This document shows positions 1 through 8,814 of a DNA stretch of 24,100 bases, in pieces. The notes beneath the pieces are model-generated. The model did not search any database, was not told where the DNA came from, and worked only from the letters and a program-made list of their open reading frames with translations. The translations under genes and the position numbers were made by a program. Location of the stretch: contig JBGQEL010000061.1 of the NCBI GenBank assembly GCA_041496385.1, forward strand, positions 1-24,100. The letters run 5' to 3'. Source of the stretch: Candidatus Methylomirabilia bacterium. Lineage in GTDB: Bacteria > Methylomirabilota > Methylomirabilia > Rokubacteriales > CSP1-6. Position 1 is the stretch's first letter. Each line of letters starts with the position of its first letter.

Positions 1-558
1 GATGGCCTCGATCACCGCCTCCAGCCGCTCGGGCAGGTCGTGCCGCTCGGGCAGCTCGAAGCGGATGCGCGCGTCGCGGATCTTCGCCTTCACGCGCACG
101 AGCCGCTGGCTCATCGCCGCCGGCGCCACGAGGAACGCGGAAGCGATCCGCGCCGCGTCCAGGCCGAGCACGGTCTGCAGCATCAGCGGCGTGCGCGCCG
201 CCTCGTCGATGGCCGGGTGGGCGCAGACAAAGAGAAGCTTCAGCCGCTCGTCGGGGAAGACGGCCACGGACGACGCCTCCTCCTGCGCCCGCTCGACGAC
301 GATCCGGAGATCGGCCGCCGCCGCCTCCTGGACCTTCGCGTGCCGCGCGCCGTCCACGAGACGTCGCCGCGCGGCCGTGAGCAGCCACGCCTCGGGCCTG
401 TCCGGCACGCCGGCGCGCGGCCAGGTCTCGAGCGCCGCGAGGAACGCGTCGCCCAGCGCGTCCTCGGCGCTCGCCACGTCGCGCCAGCCGGCGGCGAGGT
501 AGGCGAGGAGCCGGCCATAGGCGGTGCGCGCCGCGAGCTCCGCCTCGGCGTGGCTCAC
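1..558 (-). CDS. ECF sigma factor, ECF42/DUF6596-like (5' part; runs off the window start)
   Basis: Not in the ORF track. My translation from GTG at 558, which overlaps the YCII stop: MSHAEAELAARTAYGRLLAYLAAGWRDVASAEDALGDAFLAALETWPRAGVPDRPEAWLLTAARRR...DERLKLLFVCAHPAID...LMLQTVLGLDAARIASAFLV...MSQRLVRVKAKIR. These are typical ECF42 region 2/4 motifs, and the gene sits next to a DGPF protein. Confidence 0.88.
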   Translation of the reverse strand, partial: MSHAEAELAARTAYGRLLAYLAAGWRDVASAEDALGDAFLAALETWPRAGVPDRPEAWLLTAARRRLVDGARHAKVQEAAAADLRIVVERAQEEASSVAVFPDERLKLLFVCAHPAIDEAARTPLMLQTVLGLDAARIASAFLVAPAAMSQRLVRVKAKIRDARIRFELPERHDLPERLEAVIEAI

Positions 559-905
559 ATCGGCAGGTTGGGGCGCACCTCGACGGCTCCGCTGGCCGCC
601 GCGGGGCAGCGCGCCGCCCAGTCGAGCGCGCGGTCGAGGTCGGGCACCTCGATCTCGTAGTAGCCGCCGAGCTGCTCCTTGGCCTCGGCGTAGGGCCCGT
701 CCTGCACGTGCCGCTTGCCGTCGCGCTGCCGGAGCGTCGTGCCGAGGTGCCCCGGCTGGAGCGGTGCCCCGCCGACGAGCACCCCGGCCTCGCGCAGCGC
801 CTGCGTGTAGGCCCGGTAGGCGCCCCAGTAGGCGTCCTTCCGTGAGGCGTCCGTGCGCGCGCCGAAGTCGGCCTCGCTCTCGTAGATGAGCACCGTGTAC
901 TTCAT
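555..905 (-). CDS. YciI/DGPF-family protein
   Basis: 116 aa with DGPYAEAKEQLGGYY and the C-terminal VEVRP motif. GAGGAAG ribosome-binding site upstream. Standard neighbour of ECF42. Confidence 0.92.
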   Translation of the reverse strand: MKYTVLIYESEADFGARTDASRKDAYWGAYRAYTQALREAGVLVGGAPLQPGHLGTTLRQRDGKRHVQDGPYAEAKEQLGGYYEIEVPDLDRALDWAARCPAAASGAVEVRPNLPM

Positions 906-960
906 GGCTCTTCCTCCGTCATGGGGTCGATGGAATCACGGACCCGCGCCCTCTCCAACC

Positions 961-1312
961 CTATGACGTGCCAGCGGGGGGCGTTTCGACGGTCGGCGGC
1001 CAGCGCCCCGTGACGATCCTCGCCTCGTCTGCGCCAGGCCACAGGGGCATCGTGACCCCCAGCACGGCGAGCGGCCAGTCGCGCCACGTCCTCACGCGCG
1101 CCCTGGCGCCGCCACATCTCGCCGCGCCCTCGAAGGACGTACCAGATTTCCTCGACCGTCCGGTGCGTCGCCGCCCTCGACACGGCGCCCGCGGCGAGCT
1201 CGAACTCGGCCATCGCGCCGGCCGCAACCCCGAGCAGGACGCGGACATCCGAGCCGTCCGGGGCGATCGCCGTCCGTTCACGCGGACGATGCAGCGTGGT
1301 GAAGTCGGTCAT
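961..1312 (-). pseudogene. Cupin-domain gene disrupted by internal deletion/frameshift
   Basis: The N-terminal cupin half (APDGSDVRVLL...HRTVEEIWYVLRGRGEMWRRQ) is in the 1312 frame. The family-like C-terminus (PLAVLGVTMPLWPGADEA...GRW, stop at 961-963) is in another frame. The switch is near 1080-1085 and cupin motif 2 is missing. Confidence 0.7.
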
Positions 1313-1396
1313 CGTTCCTCCTGGTCCCTCCGATGAGGACGGGTCCGGCGATTCCTGCTACCATCCAGATACTCTAGCGCTCCCAGGGGTACCGTC

Positions 1397-2536
1397 ATGG
1401 ACAAGGAAGGCAGCCAGCTCATCCGCGGGCTCGAGGGCGTCGTCGCCGCCGAGACGCGACTCTGCGACCTCGACGGCAGGAACGGCCGGCTCGCCTACGG
1501 CGGCTACGACATCGAGGACCTCGCGCGGCGCGCCAGCTTCGAGGAGGTCTGCCACCTCCTCTGGCACGGCGAGCTGCCGACGGCGGCGCTGCTCGACAAG
1601 ACGACGCTGGCGCTGATCGCGGCGCGCGAGATCCCGGGCGAGCTGGTGCAGGCGTTTCGACTCATGCCGAAGGACACGGACCCGATGCGCGCGCTGCAGG
1701 CCGCGGCCGCGATGCTCGGCATGCGCGACCCGGACGCCACCGACAACGCGCACGCGGCGAATCTCCGGAAGGCCGTCAGGATGACCAGCCAGTTGGCGAC
1801 GGCGATCTGCGCGCACCACCGCGTCCGCAGCGGCCACGAGCCGATCCGCCCGGCCGCCGACCTCTCGCACGCCGCGAACGTCCTCTACATGCTGACGGGC
1901 GCGCGGCCGACGGGCGTCGTGGCGAAGGCCTTCGACGCGAGCCTGACGCTCTACGCCGAGCACGAGCTGAACGCCTCTACCTTCACGACGCGCGTGATCG
2001 TCTCGACGCAGTCGGACATGCACTCGGCCGTCGCGGGCGGCGTCGGCGCGCTCAAGGGGCCGCTCCACGGCGGCGCGGGCGAGGCCGTCATGCGCACCCT
2101 TATGGAGATCGGCGAGGTCGCCGGCGTGGACGCGTTCACGCAGCGGGCGCTCGCCGAGAAACGGCGGCTCATGGGCTTCGGCCATCGCGTCTACACCGCC
2201 GGCGATCCGCGCGCCGCGATCCTCAAGGGGATGGCCGAGGACGCGTGCCGGCAGTCGGGCCAGTTCAAGTGGTATCAGATCGCGGTGAAGCTCTACGAGC
2301 GCGTCCACGCCGCGAAGACGCTAATCCCGAACGTGGACTTCTACTCGGCGCCGCTCTTCTACTCGCTCGGCATCCCCGTGGACCTCTTCACGCCGATGAT
2401 CGCGGCCGGCCGCATCGCGGGCTGGACCGCGAACATCATCGAGCAGCACGATGACAACCGCCTGATCCGCCCGCGCGGCGACTACGTCGGGCCGGGCCGC
2501 CGCGCGTTCGTGCCGCTGGACAAGCGTGGGTCGTAG
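1397..2536 (+). CDS. Citrate synthase / 2-methylcitrate synthase family protein
   Basis: 379 aa with GLEGVVA, HELNAST, GPLHGGA, GFGHRVY, DPR and NVDFY motifs. Confidence 0.95.
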   Translation: MDKEGSQLIRGLEGVVAAETRLCDLDGRNGRLAYGGYDIEDLARRASFEEVCHLLWHGELPTAALLDKTTLALIAAREIPGELVQAFRLMPKDTDPMRALQAAAAMLGMRDPDATDNAHAANLRKAVRMTSQLATAICAHHRVRSGHEPIRPAADLSHAANVLYMLTGARPTGVVAKAFDASLTLYAEHELNASTFTTRVIVSTQSDMHSAVAGGVGALKGPLHGGAGEAVMRTLMEIGEVAGVDAFTQRALAEKRRLMGFGHRVYTAGDPRAAILKGMAEDACRQSGQFKWYQIAVKLYERVHAAKTLIPNVDFYSAPLFYSLGIPVDLFTPMIAAGRIAGWTANIIEQHDDNRLIRPRGDYVGPGRRAFVPLDKRGS

Positions 2537-4442
2537 CCTCGCGCGCAAGCTGATCGAGTCGCACCTGGTGGCGGGCACGGCCGTCGCCGGCGAGGAGATC
2601 GGCATCGGCGTGGATCAGGTGCTGCTCACCGACACCAACGGCACGATGTCCTGGCTCCAGTTCGAGGCGATGGGATTTCCGCGCGCCGTGCCCGGCCGCG
2701 TGGTGAGCTACGTCGACCACAACGTCTACCAGGTCGATTCGCGCAACTCCGACGACCATCGCTACATGCAGGCCGTCTCGCGCCGCTACGGCGCGGTGTT
2801 CTCGAAGCCGGGCAACGGCATCTGCCACCAGGTGCACATGGAGAGCTTCTCCATTCCGGGCCAGACGCTGCTGGGCACCGACAGCCACACGCCGCTCTGC
2901 GGCGCCGCCGGCATGCTCGCGATCGGCGCGGGCGGGCTCGACGTGGCGGTGGCGCTGGGCGGCGGGCCGTACTTCTTCACGATGCCGCAGGTCGTCCAGG
3001 TGCGCCTGACCGGACAGCTCCGGCCCTGGGTGACCGCGAAGGACGTCATCCTCGACCTGCTGCGGCGCCTCACCGTGCGCGGCGGGACGGGCAAGATCTT
3101 CGAGTACGGCGGCCCGGGCCTGCGGAACCTCCTGGCGGCCCAGCGCATGACCATCGCCAACATGGGCGCGGAGCTGGGGCTGACGACGAGCGTCTTCCCG
3201 TCGGACGAGGTCACGCGCTCGTTCCTGACGCGCCTCGGCCGCGGCGAGGACTGGCGGCCCGCCGCGCCCGACGAGGACGCGGCCTACGACGACCAGCTCG
3301 AGCTGGATCTCGCCTCGCTCACGCCCCTCGTCGCGCTGCCGGGCTCGCCGGACCGCGTGGTGCCGATCGAGGAGGTCGCGGGGACCCCGGTCGAGCAGGT
3401 GATGGTCGGCTCGTGCACGAACGGCTCCTGGCACGACATGGCGTCGGTGACCCAGGTCGTGCGCGGCAAGCGCGTCGCGCCCTCGGTCTCGTTCGTCCTC
3501 TTCCCCGGCAGCCACAAGATCCTCGAGACGATGGCCCGCGAGGGGCTGCTCGCCGATCTCCTGGCGGCGGGCGTCACGGTGTCCGAGTCCACCTGCGGCT
3601 CGTGCGCCGGCATCGGCCACGTGCCGGCGGCCGGGGCCAAGAGCCTGCGCGCCTTCAACCGGAACTTCTCCGGGCGGAGCGGCGTGAAGGACGACGCGGT
3701 CTATCTCTGCTCGACGGTCGTCGCCGCGGCCTCGGCGCTGACCGGGGTCATCACCGACCCGCGCACGCTCGGCCCGCAGGCGGCGGTGACGCTGCCGCCC
3801 CGGTTCGCCTCCTCGACCGCGGGGCTGGTCGCGCCCGACGGCCAGGGCGAGATCCTGCGTGGGCCGAACATCAAGCCGGTCCCGCTGGGTGCGCCGGTCC
3901 CGGAAATGCTCGAGGCCCCGGTGGTGATCAAGCTCGGCGACAAGGTCTCCACCGACGACATCTCGCCCGCCGGCGCCGCGGTGCTCGTCTTCCGCTCGAA
4001 CATCCCGGCGATCGCCGAGTTCAGCTTCAAGTACGTGGACCCGGAGTTCCCGGCGCGCGCGAAGGCGGCCGGGTGTTCCATCATCGTGGGCGGCGAGACC
4101 TACGGCCAGGGCTCCTCGCGCGAGGTGGCGGCGATCGCGCCGATGTACCTCGGCGTGCGAGCGGTGCTCGTCAAGTCCTTCGCGCGCATCCACCGCGCGA
4201 ACCTCATCAACTGGGGGATCGTGCCGCTCGTCTTCGACGACGCGGGCGCGTACGGCGGCGTCGAGCGCGACGACCGGCTGCGGGTGCCGGGCCTGCGCGC
4301 CGCGCTGGCGGCGGGCCGGCCCGTCCGCGTCGAGAACCTGCGCACGGGCGTCGCGTTCACGGCGTCGTGCGTGCTCACGCCGCGCGAGCGTGACATCTTG
4401 ATGGCGGGCGGCGTCCTCGCGCACACGAAGGCGCGCGCATGA
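2526..4442 (+). CDS. Aconitate hydratase family protein (short, ~640 aa type)
   Basis: DHN, GICHQ and GTDSHT motifs, [4Fe-4S] ligands GSCTN and CGSCAG, NRNF, and swivel-domain motifs STDDISP and YGQGSSRE. Confidence 0.93.
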   Translation: MGRSLARKLIESHLVAGTAVAGEEIGIGVDQVLLTDTNGTMSWLQFEAMGFPRAVPGRVVSYVDHNVYQVDSRNSDDHRYMQAVSRRYGAVFSKPGNGICHQVHMESFSIPGQTLLGTDSHTPLCGAAGMLAIGAGGLDVAVALGGGPYFFTMPQVVQVRLTGQLRPWVTAKDVILDLLRRLTVRGGTGKIFEYGGPGLRNLLAAQRMTIANMGAELGLTTSVFPSDEVTRSFLTRLGRGEDWRPAAPDEDAAYDDQLELDLASLTPLVALPGSPDRVVPIEEVAGTPVEQVMVGSCTNGSWHDMASVTQVVRGKRVAPSVSFVLFPGSHKILETMAREGLLADLLAAGVTVSESTCGSCAGIGHVPAAGAKSLRAFNRNFSGRSGVKDDAVYLCSTVVAAASALTGVITDPRTLGPQAAVTLPPRFASSTAGLVAPDGQGEILRGPNIKPVPLGAPVPEMLEAPVVIKLGDKVSTDDISPAGAAVLVFRSNIPAIAEFSFKYVDPEFPARAKAAGCSIIVGGETYGQGSSREVAAIAPMYLGVRAVLVKSFARIHRANLINWGIVPLVFDDAGAYGGVERDDRLRVPGLRAALAAGRPVRVENLRTGVAFTASCVLTPRERDILMAGGVLAHTKARA

Positions 4443-4455
4443 ATGGGTGGGGCGC

Positions 4456-5577
4456 GTGACCCAGCAGAAGATCCGCGCGGTCTACATGCGCGGCGGCACG
4501 AGCCGCTGCCTCGTCTTTCACGAGCCGGACCTGCCCGCGTCCGGGCCCGCCCGCGACCGGATTCTCATGGCGGCGCTCGGCAGCCCGGACCCCTACGGCC
4601 GTCAGCTCGACGGCCTGGGCGGCGGTATCTCCTCGCTCTCCAAGGCCTGCATCATCGCGCCGGCCAGTCGTGCCGACGCCGACGTCGACTACACCTTCGC
4701 CCAGGTCGAGATCGGGAAGCCCGTCGTCGACTACAAGGGCAACTGCGGCAACTGCTCCTCCGCCGTGGGGCCGTTCGCGATCGACGAGCATCTCGTGAAG
4801 TGGACCGAGGGCGAGACGCTCGTCCGCATCCACAACACGAACACGAAGAAGATCATCGTCGCCCACGTGCCCGTGAGGGACGGCGAGGCCGCCGTGGAGG
4901 GCGACTTCGAGCTGGCGGGCGTGGCCGGGCGCGGCGCGCGCATCGCGCTCGACTTCCTCGACCCGGGGGGCGCGGGCACCGGGCGGCTCCTGCCGACGGG
5001 CGCGGCGCGCGAGACGATCGACGGCCTGGACGCCTCGCTCGTCGACGCGACGAACCCGGTGGTCTTCGTCCGCGCCAGGGACCTGGGTCTGGCCGGCACC
5101 GAGACGCCGCAGTCCATCGACGCCGACCGGTCGCTGGCCGCCCGGCTCGAGGCGATTCGCGTCGAGGCGGCGCGGCGCATGGGCATCCCGGGGAGCGCGT
5201 CGGTCCCGAAGGTAGCGATGGTCGCGCCCGCGACGCCGTTCACCGCGCTCGACGGCGTCCGGCACGGAAGCGACACCGTGGACGTGGTCGCGCGCGTCAT
5301 CTCGATGGGGAACTGCCACCGCGCCTTCGCGCTCACCGTCGCGATGTGCCTCGCCGTCGCCGCGCGCGTCGAGGGCACGGTCGTGCGCGAGAGCGCCGCC
5401 GGCGCCGGGGGCGCGCCGGGCGGACCGGCCGCGCCGATGATCCGCCTGGGCCACCCCTCGGGTGTCCTGCCGATCGACGCGCGCGTGCGCGTCCGCGACG
5501 GCGCGGCCTGGGCCGAGAGCGTCACCGTCTACCGCACCGCGCGCCGTCTCATGGAAGGCTTCGTCCGCATCCCGTGA
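4456..5577 (+). CDS. prpF: PrpF-family (methyl)aconitate isomerase
   Basis: MRGGTSR, GSPDPYGRQLDGLGGG, SSLSK, NCGN, SMGNCHRA, GHPSG and RTARRLMEG motifs. Start is GTG at 4456 or 4447. Confidence 0.9.
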   Translation: MTQQKIRAVYMRGGTSRCLVFHEPDLPASGPARDRILMAALGSPDPYGRQLDGLGGGISSLSKACIIAPASRADADVDYTFAQVEIGKPVVDYKGNCGNCSSAVGPFAIDEHLVKWTEGETLVRIHNTNTKKIIVAHVPVRDGEAAVEGDFELAGVAGRGARIALDFLDPGGAGTGRLLPTGAARETIDGLDASLVDATNPVVFVRARDLGLAGTETPQSIDADRSLAARLEAIRVEAARRMGIPGSASVPKVAMVAPATPFTALDGVRHGSDTVDVVARVISMGNCHRAFALTVAMCLAVAARVEGTVVRESAAGAGGAPGGPAAPMIRLGHPSGVLPIDARVRVRDGAAWAESVTVYRTARRLMEGFVRIP

Positions 5578-6119
5578 GCCGGCTCTATCTCACCGCCGCC
5601 CGCGAGGAGATCGCGCGGCGGCGCGGGCTCGTCCCCAAGGGCCGGGTCGTCGAGGCGTGGCCCGACCAGGGCGACCCGAGCGGCCTCTGGATCGGCGACG
5701 AGACCAAGACGCTGCTCGAGTCCGTCGGCGAGCCGCTCGAGACCGCGCTGGCGCTACCCGCCGAGCGCGTCGCCGTCTACTACGGCCCGCAGCTCTCGGA
5801 CCTGGAATCGCTGCCGCGCGAGGAGTCGCTGAAAACCCGTGTGCTCTCGGCGCGCGGGATCGCCGTGGCGTGGATCACGCTCGACCGCTTCGGCCAGCGC
5901 GCGTTGTACGAGCCGACGTCGCCGGCCGACCCCGCGTTCCACCTGCGGCGCGTCGGCGGCGGCACCGGCCACCTCTGGCGGCTCTTCCGCGCGCGCGACG
6001 AGGCCGCCGCGTACATGCGCGAGGCCTACGGGGCGGACTCCGAGGGCGCCGAGTGGGCGCTCGGCCTCGCGGTGGCCGACTTCGAGGAGCTGCTCGCGCG
6101 CTACGCCGAGCGGCCCTGA
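5574..6119 (+). CDS. Hypothetical protein (181 aa)
   Basis: GTG start overlapping the prpF stop (GTGA). Protein-like composition (MSRLYLTAAREEIARR...LLARYAERP). It is the C-terminal part of the 4443..6119 ORF. Confidence 0.75.
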   Translation: MSRLYLTAAREEIARRRGLVPKGRVVEAWPDQGDPSGLWIGDETKTLLESVGEPLETALALPAERVAVYYGPQLSDLESLPREESLKTRVLSARGIAVAWITLDRFGQRALYEPTSPADPAFHLRRVGGGTGHLWRLFRARDEAAAYMREAYGADSEGAEWALGLAVADFEELLARYAERP

Positions 6120-6127
6120 GGGGACAC

Positions 6128-6979
6128 TCAGGGCGCCGCGCGAATCTCGTCGAGGACGGGCAGGATGTACTCGCGGAACTTCGCCGGGTTCTCGCTCATC
6201 GGAAAGTGGCCGATCTCCTTCATGACCGTCACGCGCGCGCCCTTGATCTTGGCGGCCGTGCGCAGCGTGTCCTCGGGCGTGCACGAGAAATCGTACTCGC
6301 CGGTGAGCAGGTAGAGCGGACACGCGGACGTGTCGATCCCGGCGACGCGATCGCGGAAGTCGCCGTCGGCGCGGTAGAAGAACAGGTCGCCCTTGAAGAC
6401 GCCCGGGCCGGACATCATGTACATCCAGAGGGTGTCCCAGCGGGTCTCGCTCGGCGACTGCGGCGCGATGAGCCCCGACATGAGCGCGCCGCTGATCTCG
6501 CCGCCGTGGACGTCGGGCCGGTGGAGCCAGCCCGTGTCGTCATACCAGGGCGCCTGATAGTCCGCCGACTCGAGGCCGACGAGCGCCCGGAACGCGCTCG
6601 CGTGCAGGCGAGCGAGCTCGAGGACGATCTTGCCGCCGATCGAGCAGCCGAGGACGACGGGGCGCTCGAGGCCGAGCGCCTTCACGAAGGTCAGGATCAG
6701 CTCGACGTAGCCCGCCGTCGTGAGCCGGTACTCCTCGTCCTGCCAGCCGGCGGGCGGCAGCGACTTCCCGTGCCAGGGCATGTCGAACGCGAGGACGCGA
6801 TAGTGGCGGGTGACGGCCGCGTCGGTCATCAGGTGACGGAACTGGCGGCCGTCGGCGCCCGCGGTGTGCAGGCACACGAGCGGAATCCCCTGCCCCGCCT
6901 CCTCGAAGTACACGCGGTGCGCGCGCCCCCCGACGGTGAGCCTCGCGTAGCGGCCGACGATCGGCTCCAGCTCGGCCAC
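6128..6979 (-). CDS. Alpha/beta hydrolase
   Basis: LHTAG, DMPWHGKS, nucleophile elbow GCSIGG, GEYD and GHFPMSENP motifs. GGGAGG ribosome-binding site upstream. Confidence 0.92.
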   Translation of the reverse strand: MAELEPIVGRYARLTVGGRAHRVYFEEAGQGIPLVCLHTAGADGRQFRHLMTDAAVTRHYRVLAFDMPWHGKSLPPAGWQDEEYRLTTAGYVELILTFVKALGLERPVVLGCSIGGKIVLELARLHASAFRALVGLESADYQAPWYDDTGWLHRPDVHGGEISGALMSGLIAPQSPSETRWDTLWMYMMSGPGVFKGDLFFYRADGDFRDRVAGIDTSACPLYLLTGEYDFSCTPEDTLRTAAKIKGARVTVMKEIGHFPMSENPAKFREYILPVLDEIRAAP

Positions 6980-7348
6980 TCAGGCCCTCCCGCGCGGCGC
7001 CGCGAGGACGTCCTTGAGGTACCGCAGGTGCTGCATGAGCGGGCGCAGGTCGCCCTCGACCCTGGCGTGACCCGCCTTCGCCATGGCGAAGAGGTCGTGA
7101 TAGCCGGGCGCGGGCACGGGCTCCCAGAAGCGCCGCCACGCCGCCATGGGCGCGCGCACCGCGAAGGACCACTCGCGCATCAGGAAGGGGCCGCGCTCGA
7201 CCCGCTCGACGCGCCCCGCGTGCACGCTCACGAGCCAGGACGTCTCGCCCGCATCGACCAGGAACGTGGTGCTACAGTAGCGTCCACGCCGGACGAGCGA
7301 CTCGTTGCCGTTGACCAGCGTCGGCAGCGCCTCGAACACGCCCGGCAT
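6980..7348 (-). CDS. Hypothetical protein, possibly SCP2/sterol-carrier-like fold
   Basis: About 120 aa with the pattern W.F...A....W..F...ARVEGDL..LM. Directly abuts the hydrolase. An alternative start is GTG at 7339. Confidence 0.7.
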   Translation of the reverse strand: MPGVFEALPTLVNGNESLVRRGRYCSTTFLVDAGETSWLVSVHAGRVERVERGPFLMREWSFAVRAPMAAWRRFWEPVPAPGYHDLFAMAKAGHARVEGDLRPLMQHLRYLKDVLAAPRGRA

Positions 7349-7356
7349 GATACCCC

Positions 7357-8814
7357 ATGGCCACGACGCTCGACACCGCCCCGACGCGCGACCGCACGGA
7401 CCGGTTCTACCGGGCCGTGCGCGCGGTCGGCCGCTTCTGGCTCTGGTTCTTCTTCAAGTCGGCGGACGTGCGCCACGGGGAGCGCGTGCCCGACGGCGGC
7501 CCGGTGCTCCTCTGCATCAACCATCCGAACAACCTCATCGACTCGCTCCTCGTCGCCGGCGCGCTCGACCGCAAGGTCCACTACCTGGCGACCGCCGCGC
7601 TGTTCAAGAACCCGCTCGTCGCCCGCTTTCTCGCGGCCTGCGGCGCCATCCCCGTCTACCGGAAGCAGGACGAGACACGCTCCCCTCGCGCGCCGGCCAC
7701 GGGGGCGGCCGGCCTCGCGGCTCCCGCGCCCGCGGCGGACAAGAACGCGGGGACGTTCGCGGCGTGCCACGAGGTCTTCGATCGCGGCCGGCTCGTGGCC
7801 ATCTATCCCGAGGGCACCACGCACGCCGAGGCCCGCGTCGTACGCATCAAGACGGGCGCCGCGCGCATCGCGCTCGCCTACGAGGCCGACCGCCCGGGCG
7901 CGCTCCGCGTGATCCCGGTGGGGCTCAACTTCGAGGCGCGCAAGTCGTTCCGCGGGCGCGTGCTCGTCTCGTTCGGCGCCCCCGTCCCCGTCACGCCCTA
8001 CCTCGACGCCTACCGGGCCGACCCGGTGAAGGCGGTCGAGGCGCTCACGACCGCCATCCAGTGGGCGATGGAGGCCGAGGTCGTCCACGTCGAGCGCATC
8101 GAGGCGAGCGACCTCGTGCGCGCCGTCGAGGAGCTCTACCGCGGCGAGCTGGCGCGCGAGCTGCAGGAGGAGCGCGGACTCGCGCCGAGGCAGATCGATC
8201 TCGTGCGCCTCTCGCGCGCGATCGTCGACGCGGTCAACCACTTCAGGGCGCGCGAGCCGGAGCGCGTCGAGCGGCTCTGGCAGCGGATCCAGAGCTACCG
8301 GGCGCTCCTCGCCGAGTTCCGGGTGAAGGACGAGGCGGTGCGGGCGCGCCTCGAGCGCCGGGGGCCGCGCCGGCGGATCCGCCGCGGCTGGGAGGCGGTC
8401 GCGGGGCTCCCGTTCTTCGTCTACGGCGCGACGGTGAACGCGTTGCCCTACTGGGGGCCGCGCTGGGTGGCGCGCCGCATGTCGCGCAAGGAGACCGACT
8501 ACGCGACGTGGCGCTTCCTGGCGTCCATCGTCGCCTATCCGCTCTTCTGGGGCCTCGAGACCTGGATCGTCTGGCGGCTGGCGGGCGCCGGCTGGGCGGC
8601 GGCCTTCGCGCTGTCGCTGCCGCTCTCGGGCGTTCTCGCGTACCGCTACCTCGTGGGCGCGGGACGCCTTCGCAGCCGCCTGCGCTTCGGCGCGCTGGCG
8701 CTCACGCGGGAGCACGCGGCCCGGCGACTGGTCACCGAGCGGCAGGAGGTTCTCGCCGAGCTGGAGCGCGCGAAGAACGACTATCTGACCGCCACGAAAG
8801 GGAGCTCCTTTTGA
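7357..8814 (+). CDS. Phospholipid/glycerol acyltransferase (PlsC-like) with C-terminal membrane domain
   Basis: NHPNNLID (HxxxxD), GAIPVYR, YPEGT and KTGAARIA motifs, plus hydrophobic helices in the C-terminal third. Confidence 0.9.
   Translation: MATTLDTAPTRDRTDRFYRAVRAVGRFWLWFFFKSADVRHGERVPDGGPVLLCINHPNNLIDSLLVAGALDRKVHYLATAALFKNPLVARFLAACGAIPVYRKQDETRSPRAPATGAAGLAAPAPAADKNAGTFAACHEVFDRGRLVAIYPEGTTHAEARVVRIKTGAARIALAYEADRPGALRVIPVGLNFEARKSFRGRVLVSFGAPVPVTPYLDAYRADPVKAVEALTTAIQWAMEAEVVHVERIEASDLVRAVEELYRGELARELQEERGLAPRQIDLVRLSRAIVDAVNHFRAREPERVERLWQRIQSYRALLAEFRVKDEAVRARLERRGPRRRIRRGWEAVAGLPFFVYGATVNALPYWGPRWVARRMSRKETDYATWRFLASIVAYPLFWGLETWIVWRLAGAGWAAAFALSLPLSGVLAYRYLVGAGRLRSRLRFGALALTREHAARRLVTERQEVLAELERAKNDYLTATKGSSF

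Noticed and set aside
4440..6119. Read-through of the aconitase TGA into the in-frame 4443..6119 ORF
   Set aside because: The aconitase is complete at its stop. The first two-thirds of that ORF is an Arg-rich shadow of prpF, and only 5574-6119 looks like a real protein.
6977..6982. In-frame TGA-GTG junction between the SCP2-like gene and the hydrolase as a Sec or read-through fusion
   Set aside because: The TGA is not at a catalytic Cys position, and the hydrolase has its own GGGAGG ribosome-binding site.
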